Below, one piece after another: positions 10,343-18,959 of a stretch of DNA of 19,220 bases (the stretch's first letter is position 1; each line of letters opens with the position of its first letter). The notes beneath the pieces were generated by a model. That model did not search any database. It worked only from the letters and a program-made list of their open reading frames with translations, and was not told the DNA's origin. The position numbers were made by a program, and so were the translations under genes. Source of the stretch: Octopus sinensis (taxonomy: Eukaryota); the NCBI RefSeq assembly GCF_006345805.1, contig NW_021824264.1, positions 1 through 19,220 of the forward strand, read 5' to 3'.

Positions 10343-11131
10343 ATGGATGAAAGGATTTCGGTGTGATAGTATATAATCGCATGCTAGCAGGCCGTGACTG
10401 TAGTAAGACTATGGCTTTCTTTCAAACAGAATAAACTGCTTAAGGAAAAGATTTTGCTTAAATAGTAAAATAAGACTTTTATATTGAGTATGATAGTAAT
10501 AGTAATGACTAACAGATATCTTTATTAATCGAATTCGAATAACGCTTAAAAAACACCAATTTCCGAAACTTTTCAAATTTGAAATGCAGGATTGTGATAT
10601 TCTATGCGGAAAAATAAACAATTTCATATCGTGTTTGATTTTAAAATCGGTTTCCTTTGCTTATTTAGTCATTTATAGATTACACAAAATGGCCTATCAC
10701 ACTAGAAGCTTTTTTTTCACTGGTTATTCTCTAATTATATTTTTAGTTTCCATTTTTTTGATAATCAAAAGGTGTAACAAGTTAAGTTAGGAATGAACAA
10801 AAACGAATCCATTTAAAAATCTTGTTATTCTAAGAGTTTGTTTCTTCCCCATGGAGGGAGATTATCATAAAACTATATTTTATATTTTGTCTCAATGTTG
10901 TCAATCATAGGAACAAACCTGGGAATATACGTCATTCTTGTTTGTTATTTTATTTTCACTTATAGGGGAATTTACTGTCCAGAACTTGATTGTTGGAAAT
11001 CTCCACTTTTGTGTGTTTTCCTCATTCGATCCAATAATGAATATTTAATTTATAAGTTTTTGTATGCCATTTTTTGCTCATCACATGACTCTCCTAATAT
11101 TAGACCCAATCATGTTGAATTAAAAAAATAG
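10343..11131 (+). CDS. Unidentified multi-exon gene, head-to-head with DCN1; IQ-like N-terminus with weak resemblance to C11orf65/MFI; end uncertain
   Basis: ATG at 10343. Candidate GT-AG introns at 10361-10387 (27 nt), 10488-10515 (28 nt, with CTAAC before the acceptor), 10723-10746 (24) and 10940-10965 (26). Reads QAVTVVRLWLSFKQNK and NRIRITLKKHQFPKLFKFEMQDCDILC. In-frame TAG TAA at 10463-10468 is unresolved. Confidence 0.4.
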
Positions 11132-11443
11132 GAATCTTGTTTATTTTCTTTACACTCATCGACCCAAATGAAATATATTTATAAGATAACTGCAATAATT
11201 TTCATCTGAATATTTCTTCTGAGAAAGAATGAGATTTTAAGTATTGGAAAACACTGGATACAAAAAATTTCAACGCGAATTTATTAAATATAACAGAAAT
11301 CGGGCTTTAAATAAAAATATCACTTGGATAAACAAAAAATTATTCAAAAAGAAAACTGTAAATCACGATAAAGAAAATTTAAATTCTTAAATTAGTTGAT
11401 TTTTTTTAAACAATATATTTTAGTTCAAAGAAACTGTTATTTA

Positions 11444-11631
11444 CTAGAAGTTAACAAAGCCATCTATCCGAAGTGGACCCCGCCAACATATTGACGTTGC
11501 GTTGCCTCTCACGATAGCAACGGAAATCAACTAGAGAAGCCACCGGGTCTCACATGTGTCGTGGCTTTTTAATGTGGCTAAGCGTCCAAGCTTCTTTAGG
11601 AAGCGAAGCGATTCCGACTTATTCCTCCAGT
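11444..11631 (-). mobile_element. 3'-terminal fragment of a CRE-like retrotransposon (end of the RLE domain)
   Basis: Minus strand reads (TGGISR)ESLRFLKKLGRLATLKSHDTCETRWLL*LISVAIVRGNATSI, aligning by eye to KTLAHLKKLGRLCTHRSRDPREFIFLIQRISLAVLRGNCFSI of the 3140-4739 element. Not in the ORF track in this frame. Confidence 0.75.
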
Positions 11632-11659
11632 TGAATGAATGAATGAATGAATTTTTATT
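11632..11659 (-). repeat. LINE 3' tail: AATAAA followed by (TTCA)5
   Basis: The plus strand shows (TGAA)5 at 11632-11651 and TTTATT at 11654-11659. Confidence 0.85.
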
Positions 11660-11672
11660 AACGGAAAAGCCG

Positions 11673-11751
11673 AAAAAAGAGGGAGAAAGTTAATGAGACA
11701 ACGTATGCCTCTTCTTCGTTGTTTCCCTCTTTTTTTTTTTTTTTTTTTTTT
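11673..11751 (-). other. Predicted 3'-UTR stem-loop of the LINE, abutting an A22 tract
   Basis: AAAAAAGAGGGA(G)AAA (11673-11688) is complementary to TTTCCCTCTTTTTT (11722-11735). Inner stem CAACG (11699-11703)/CGTTG (11717-11721) with a 13-nt loop. T22 run at 11730-11751. Confidence 0.65.
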
Positions 11752-14489
11752 AAATTTAATTCGAGAAGAAAAGGCTCTCTCAAGAACACTTCCAACCGTT
11801 TCCGTCGCGTCTTCCATCACTTGAGGGATGGGTTGGTCCAACTGGAGTCCATTTGCCAATTTGATGGCATATCGCCTCGTCTTTTCGAGCTTAGCGATAA
11901 TGCCATCCCTTTCAGCAGTAGGATACCATCCCTCGAACCCGTAGGTAAGCAATGGTTCGACGCACGTTTTATAAACATATAAAAACGTTTCCGGGGAAAG
12001 GTGGAAGTGAATTATGCTCCTGAGAATTTGAGCGCATTTCCTTCTCCTCGAGTCGATGTATCTGAAGTAAGAACCCTTGGATCCAACTTCAACCCCAAGG
12101 TATTTCAGGTTCTCCGTTACTGTAAACCCATAGAGGTTTCTCGGCGGTTTTCGTTTTGCTCCCTGTTTTGCAATCCAAGTGGCGGTGCACTTTTCTTTTG
12201 CAAGCGACAGTCCTTTTGATATGCACCATTCTTCCACTCTTGTCACGTATCCTTTTAACTTCCTCCACGAGATGTCTTTTCTCCACGAAGCATCCGTTAT
12301 TAATATGTCGTCCGCGTAGATCATGAGACGACTGGTAGGATCTTTCGGTTTTGGAATATCAGCAACGTAAATATTAAAAAGCAGGGGGCTCAAGACCGAG
12401 CCTTGAGGTACCCCTCTTTGAGATCGACAGATTCCGACAAACGGTTTCGCATCGTATGTATGACCTTCTCATTGATAAATAGCTCTTCAGCCAATTGACC
12501 GTTTTAGACCCGGGTTTGCTCTTGGCGACACTTTCCAAGAGGCCCAGGTGCCATACGCTGTCAAAAGCTTTTGAGACATCGAGGCAGATAGCAATAGTCG
12601 CTGTATTATTAGCAAGACTAAGCGAGATGACTTTCTCGAGTTCTCCGAAACAATCACCACAGGATCTTTTTCGTCGGAATCCCCACTGCTCTACTGCAAG
12701 TGCACCTGATTCCTCTACGAAGTTCGAAAGTCTTGTGAAGACAATCCGTTCCATAATTTTAGAGACGGAGCATATTAGGCTTATCGGCCTATAGTTCTCT
12801 GCATGGTCCTTTATTTTTCCAGGCTTTGGAATCATACGTACGATTGACTTTTTCCAAGAGTCCGGTACGTATCCAAGTCTCCAGCTTGCATGTATAGTGC
12901 GGTCAAGTATCGTAGGAGAATATTTGGAGCATGTTTGAATACAGAAATTGGAATGTAGTCATGGCGGGTGCATTATTCTTGCAGCTCATAATTGCGGCAT
13001 ACGTTTCTTCCAACGTTATGTCTCTGCACAGTGGTCCCGTATGACTCAAATTAGCTCTTAGACTTCTCTGAGCCTCACATATAACTTCTTTCGGAACCAT
13101 CTCGATCGGATCCACCTCTTGAACTTTTGCCAGTTGACTTCGCAGATGTGAGGGAACTTCATCGAGCGGGATATCTATTCCTTCAGTTGTTTTTAGTCGG
13201 ATCTCTTCTCCTTTGTTCTCCATATTACTCAGTCTGTTGAAAACCTTCCAAAAATGAGGGTTTTTCTTATTCAGTTTCGAGCATTGACTCTTCCAAGCAA
13301 GGTCTGAATGTTTTTTTGCGACATCATTTATCTCTATTTTCACGGTACGAATCTTATCCCGAAGACGAATACGATCTATGGGGTCACTGCATCGTCTTAG
13401 CTTCTTTTCAAGGTTTCCCTTCCATTTTATAAGTTTTCTTAAAGATTCGTCAATCCGGGTTTTTCTGTTAGTATTTGACATGATGTATTTCCTGATTGAA
13501 GATTTTCGGAGAAAGTCCAGTATAGCTTCTCTGAGAATTTTATCAAGTTTTTCAATTTGTATATTCGAAGAGATTTTGTATTGGATACGGTGTCAAATGC
13601 TTTTTCATTGATACCTCAAGGTCCGACCAGATTGTCCGAGACGTATCGTATCCGATAAACAGATCTTCGCATATCGTAGATGATGTTCGCATACACAAGG
13701 ATTGAGGTAGGTGATCACTACCAATGTTTATCTCAATCCTTGGTATGCTGCATTGATGAACAAGATCTGCCGATACGAGGAAAACTCCAATACCCTCTCC
13801 ATAACAAGAGAAGTGGTTTGGTTCTCGTGAGGTCAAAACACTAAAACCGCAGTTCTCCGATAATCTGAGGAGTATATTACCGTCCGATTTGTGTTGGCAC
13901 ATCCGTACGATGTGTGTTTTGCGTTAAGGTCTCCTATTAGAATTCCTCTATCATTGTTCTGAAAAATTCTTCAATAAGATTTTGATAATTCTTCATTGCT
14001 TTGGAGTACATAGCTCCGACAGATATCCATCCAAGGGATGTTAGTAGTTTCAATGTAATCAGTTCGCACAAATTTTGTTCGACGATTTTCAAGTCCCTCA
14101 CCATCAGCACAAACTTGAACCCTTCCCGCATTAACTTGATTCCTCTCATTGCCAAAAGCGACTCCCTGACCAGACCAGAGTTGGAACAAATCAAATCATC
14201 GGTCTTACTCAGTCTAAAATCTGCTGAAATTAGAATTTTCAGTTTTATGGACAGTTCCCTGAACGTATTGCTTGCAGGACATAAACCATGCAGGACCTTG
14301 TGCCATTCGCAGTGGTGGGCAGTACAAGCAGAGTGGGAGACCTGAATGTCCTGGGGAGAGTGTACCCGTGGGGAGTCGTCGAGGGTACAGTCCTCCCTCA
14401 CTGCCGTAGTGGAAAACCCCGAACACGGCGAATGTATTTATCAATGTAAAAGAGTGAAGGAATCAGATGACATTTGAAGTTTGTTATTG

Positions 14490-15355
14490 ACAAATTGACT
14501 TGAAAAATGGCAGTTTTCGTGGAGCATGGCGACCGAGATTTCTGAAAGAGTCAAATCGTCTCTTTCCGGTAGTTTATTTTTGAAGAGATTCTCGCACCAA
14601 TTTCAGTGAAGAATTAAGACGCAGTCTTGCAGAAGATTCTTGCAGAACTTTCAAAGGCAAAGGGGAAAACTCAAAAGAGTCCGGAATACACAAATATTTT
14701 GTCTTATTTAACTATTCGGCACGAGAACTGGCTGAGCCCGGGTTGCTTTGGTAGCAACGCCGCCGAAAAAAGTCACGAAATTGGCATTCCAAAGCAGGGA
14801 CTTGCCTTCCTTAAGAGGAAAGATTATCATCCCGTCAGGACGCCTGCCGTCAATCCGGGAAAGGCCGACTGGCTCTAGAGTGAAACGGAAACCTCCAACT
14901 CTAGAGCCCTCCTGTGGCGAGGAATTCTAACGGCACACTTCTACGAAATTGTGGTCCCGCACCGGGCAAGGGTGGGAATAGCAGATTTTCAGTTCAAACG
15001 TAAGAAGATGCCAATCCGTAAGGATTAATCGTCTAGTAGTAATCACATGCTGGGGATAGAGAGTGCTTTGAGCCTATCTCCCCTATGCGACTAAAAAGCG
15101 CAATTTAGTGGAGACAGTTGCGGTTGGTCTTACTTTGAACAAAGTTTGCGTAAATTATTTATGCAGATTTCGTCCCAGTCCCTTTTTACTGAAGAAATTG
15201 CAGTTAAATTAAGGCCGAGAGAACAAAGCATGGAAGGGGAGGAATATTCCGAGAGCTCGTTGAGTTGGAAATAGGAAAATAGAACTGAGAAAACGGAATT
15301 CCCGAATGCCGACGTGAACAAAAAATAGCAGGGCAGGGGCAGGTCGGCATAAGAG
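14490..15355 (-). mobile_element. Heavily decayed, 5'-truncated CRE-like retrotransposon (post-RT region + RLE)
   Basis: Stitched minus-strand frames give YADLPLP, KRDWDEIC, LLLDD*SLRIGIFLRL, ICYSHPC, GFRFTLEPVGLSRIDGRRPDGMIIFPLKEGKSLLWN, PFAFESS and LFQK(I)SVAMLHENC. These are colinear with DLALP, QRDWDKIL, VLDRDSLRLGICNRL, VCRPHPC, LEPTG...RPDG...LVWD, AVETS and QRISLAVLRGNC in the 3140-4739 element. Many stops. Confidence 0.85.
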
Positions 15356-15481
15356 AGGAAAAATTTGACAATGATTAATTAATTAAGCATTAATTAATTT
15401 TAAGTTATTTTAAATTATTTACTTAATTTGTGAAAATTATAAATAAATAAATACTATAAGTTTGTATTTTTAAGTGGAGCA

Positions 15482-16430
15482 TTGATGCATTATCGAAAGC
15501 ATTACATATACAATCAGAAGGATATAAAGAGGCAACCAAACGATCCGCCTCAAATAGTTTCAATGGGATGTGATCTACAAAGATCCAGAGATATTCTCAA
15601 CATTAAACTTAAAGACTTAACTTTGAATGACAAAGTAACCGTTTTTGATGCACTTCAGATCCTGGCTCTTTCAGGGTACAATAATTTTGTCCAGTCCTTT
15701 GACCGCGTATCCGAAATACTAGAAAAATCTCCAAACGTATTTTTTGTTACATTCCCACAGCCTCTGGAGTGTCTAGTTGGGAGGGAAGGGGACCTGCCTC
15801 CTCAAATCATGTCCGCATTAATGACACTGACCATCTCCAAAGCGAACGAGCATGTCCAGAACTCCGCCGTGGATGTTCTTTCTGACTTTTTTGAGTCAGT
15901 TTTCAATATATCGGAGGAGAACTTTGGTTAGTGACTGATACCCCAATGCAGAGTCCGCGAGACTAAAATATTTTGGGAACACACAATACAGGAATATATC
16001 CTTGTACTTGTTCCTCATCATTTGCCTCCATTTCCCTCCCGAAAAGCGGAATTCTCCCAAAATATTTGATATCCTCAACAATACAGGTATTTTACCCGCT
16101 CAGACCAGAATTGAAAAAAGCGACGTCCAACTTGAAAGACAAGGAGGGACCCATCCTTTTTGAATTGGTAATCTGCGGTATAATTGGAAGGACGACTCGC
16201 CTCTTCTCCAGCAAATATTGAGGTCAGGGGAGTCATTGAATCGGGAGAAAATACGGGAGGCAATTCGGAAGAGTGAGGGCAAGATGACTATGCGGCAGTT
16301 GGCCGTGGCTCTGTCACATTTTATGAGTGGAGGGGTTAGTTCAGGGGTTCTCAACCTTTTTAGCTCATGGGCCAAATCGATAATTAAGAATATCTTTGCG
16401 GGTCGCACAAAAAATTTTTTATGTTATTAA
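15482..16430 (+). CDS. Intronless orphan coding region of roughly 300 codons, broken by frameshifts or stops; origin unknown
   Basis: ORF 15482..15931 (149 aa), then overlapping frames ending ...REKIREAIRKSEGKMTMRQLAVALSHF...NFLCY* at 16430. Sharp compositional contrast with the AT-rich flanks; no tiny introns seen. Confidence 0.5.
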
Positions 16431-16869
16431 TGAAAAGAAGGCTTTATTAAGTAATAAATATCAATGCGAGACTTGATTCTGTTTGGCGTCTATTATTTTG
16501 TCGAAACAGGGAGTAAAAGTCGAACACGATGTGCGTAAAAGTTGATTTAGGTGTCCATCAGTCAATCGATTTCAATACTTTGTTTTTATTTGCGTAAGTT
16601 TGCTGAAAAAAGAGCTGACGCGTCTTCCCGAATGTGGTTGCCCTGTCTGTTAATTGGCAGATGACGACGTTCGACAGCGTACGACACACTTGCTGAGGGA
16701 ATAAAGACTGGTTAATTACTCTTGACCACTTATCCTATTTCACCAAAGTGTGTTCTTCAAGAGAAATTCAGAATATGGTTGAAGCGTGTTGTGCTATTTC
16801 AGTCTCACTACAATCTGTTAATGTCCACAATCACCAAAGAAGAACTAGACAGCCTCCACACCTTCACGT

Positions 16870-17169
16870 AAGCGTGATTGAGAACCTGACTGTACTTGTT
16901 GGCAATGTACACATACAAACTATACACGTATTGTGTTGTGTTTCCACGTCACAGTCCAGGTCATCAAGATGGTCGAACATCGAAGAATGACGAAGAACTT
17001 GTGTAAATTCTTTACACAGTTTTTGCTTAAAAAACTGCTGCGAATTGAAAAGCAGATACACCCTTATTGCGTGCAACTTATCCTTGCACTTGATCACGAA
17101 TCTGGGACCTCCGATCTTTACGACATGGTCCTCTTACAAACACTCAGACTATACATTTCCTATACTAAA
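16870..17169 (+). mobile_element. Possible MULE (Mutator-like) transposase remnant with a SWIM finger
   Basis: The frame of ORF 16933..17178 extended upstream reads CTCWQCTHTNYTRIVLCFHV (CxC-x13-CxH) followed by QIHPY. No DDE core or TIRs identified. Confidence 0.3.
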
Positions 17170-17329
17170 TGGGATTAACGTCAAACAAGTGGGATTAAGG
17201 TCAAACTATGTGGGATTAACGTCAAACAAAGTGGGATTAAGGTCAAACTATGTGGGATTAAGGTCAAACTATGTGGGATTAAGGTCAAACTATGTGGGAT
17301 TAACGTCAAACAAAGTGGGATTAAGGTCA
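17170..17329 (+). repeat. 21-bp minisatellite, about 7.7 copies, with two unit variants
   Basis: A = TGGGATTAACGTCAAACAAAG, B = TGGGATTAAGGTCAAACTATG. Order: A (20 nt, 17170), B (17190), A (17211), B (17232), B (17253), B (17274), A (17295), partial B (17316-17329). Confidence 0.97.
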
Positions 17330-18747
17330 TTCATTATTAGAGTTTGATGGTTAAAGTTCGGGAGGGGACGTCTCTCCACATTCTGAGTATAATGGGGCAT
17401 TGGTTGGGGTGTCTTACTATTGCCATCGACCGAGGATTCCCTCTCACTGTTCTACTTTCCACTACAATTTAGAACTATAATCCGTATCGTATGACTCAGA
17501 TACTCTATTTCTTCCCAGCTGGCGTCCTGTTGAATGCTCACGTGAATTTTATAATTGAATTCCTGAAATGTTCAAAATATTCAGAAATTGTATTGTGAGG
17601 AGTATTCAGTGTAGGTCTTTGCAATGCCCAATCCTTATGTGCTGGGAATAATGAAATTGCTTATGTTACTGCATGTGGCAGGGAAGACTTTATGCGCAAA
17701 CAGGACTGAATTGGACTCGTTGTGCATTATTTTGTCCACCAATGACATTGTTAATTTATTGGTGGCAATTGTAGAACTTTCCTGAGAACAAGAACAGAAT
17801 GAGTCCAGATGAGGAGCCCTTTAATCAATCCATGCTTAATCTATTTATCCAACCATTTTTGCCATACAAGCCCCCTCCTTAGAAAGGGAATAATTTTGAG
17901 ACATATCCAGCGACTCTCTATATGGGCAGACTGGAGGGAGACACTATCTATGTCCACTTATAACTCAGGAGAACATTTGCATGTGGAAGACTTTCCTTCG
18001 ATTTGGTGACGTGGTATGATTGCCGTATTATTGCAGATAAACTTTGACTCGAATATTAAGCAGCAGATATGTTGGATGTGGAGTACATAATGAGTGATGA
18101 TTTACTGAGACATTCCTCAAGTCTTTTTCTGTGCAGCCGGGGGTTGTTGTGTGTGAGTTAGTGAATAGGAGGCAAGTGTTGAAAGGATTGTCATGTCACA
18201 ACAATTCCAAGTTAGTTCGCAGCAAAAGATGACTCTGCAAAACACTTTAGGCCAGTTCTACAACCTTGACGTAACCTGTTTGGTTTATTGTAGTCGGAAT
18301 CTATTCTTTTCAAATGTAATGACATTTGTTTCAAAACTGGACTCTATTTATCGATGCTATCCGATTTACTATTAAGAATTACTTGGAACACTACAATGTA
18401 CTGCGTTTGTTATCCAGGCGGAGATGTACAATACTACCAGTCATACCGACCATCACCAACTCCTCAGTAGCCAACAAACCGGAGGCACAACGACGAAAGG
18501 TCGTGGAGTGTTTGATGGAAATAAACGACAAGATGTTAGACAGAGTCGCCTTTTCGTGGATGTCCCTTCTTTCTAATCGGTTCGTTCTTGCCCGATTTTT
18601 TCGTAACCTGTCACTCTGTTCCTCAGTCAGTTTCTTCTTCATCATCATTTCGCTGGCAGTTAGGACTTGCTTAAACTGTAGTTTAAATTTAGCGATTTTT
18701 CCTAGATAATTTATTAATAATCACTGTAATTCAAAAAAAGTTATTAC

Positions 18748-18959
18748 TAGGGCAACAAAAAAATAGCAAAATTTTTGAAAAAAATAGCAATCACCAAAGA
18801 AAAAATAGCAAAAAATAGCATTTGTATAAAAATAGCAAAAAATAGCAAATTATTTATTTAAATAAATTAACAAAATAATTTTATTGCTATCATATTTATT
18901 ATTTATGGTATTTTTATTAAATTATATTTAATAGCATTTTATAGCATTTGGTTGCCCTA
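18748..18959. mobile_element. hAT-type MITE (212 bp, non-coding)
   Basis: TIR TAGGGCAAC(A/C)AAA at 18748 and inverted ending at 18959. Flanking 8-mers GTTATTAC (18740-18747) and GTGATTAA (18960-18967) match 6/8, a degenerate TSD. About eight direct ATAGCA motifs and one inverted copy lie inside. Confidence 0.85.

Larger units (their letters stand above)
11632..14400 (-). mobile_element. APE-type LINE (Jockey/I-group-like ORF2: APE endonuclease + RT), 5'-truncated or degraded in ORF1, frameshifted
   Basis: APE motifs GDLNAKH and IGSDHLP. RT motifs IPKPGK, YRPISL, QWGFR, LDVSKAFDSVWH, GVPQGSVLSPLLFNIY, YADD and KYLG; thumb region YKTCVEPLLTYG. No RNase H seen. A possible zinc-knuckle remnant lies near 14270-14330. 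The 5' boundary is approximate. Confidence 0.9.

Noticed and set aside
486-10468. Reassignment of TAA/TAG to Gln (ciliate-type code), suggested by in-frame TAR at 486, 9998 and 10463-10468
   Set aside because: DCN1 uses CAA/CAG for its other Gln codons and ends at TAA where homologues end. The long hAT (257 aa) and CRE ORFs contain no internal TAR. In decayed TEs, TAA/TAG/TGA at Q/W positions are explained by transitions.
11730-11751. Poly-lysine C-terminus KKKKKKK in ORF 11596..12393
   Set aside because: Translation through the A22 tract into 3' UTR/tail sequence; unlikely to be real protein.
11719-14345. Plus-strand ORFs over the LINE (11719, 12001, 12495, 13378, 14001)
   Set aside because: Antisense shadows of ORF2.
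17170-17329. CRISPR-like array
   Set aside because: The units are contiguous with no unique spacers, there are no cas genes, and the context is eukaryotic.
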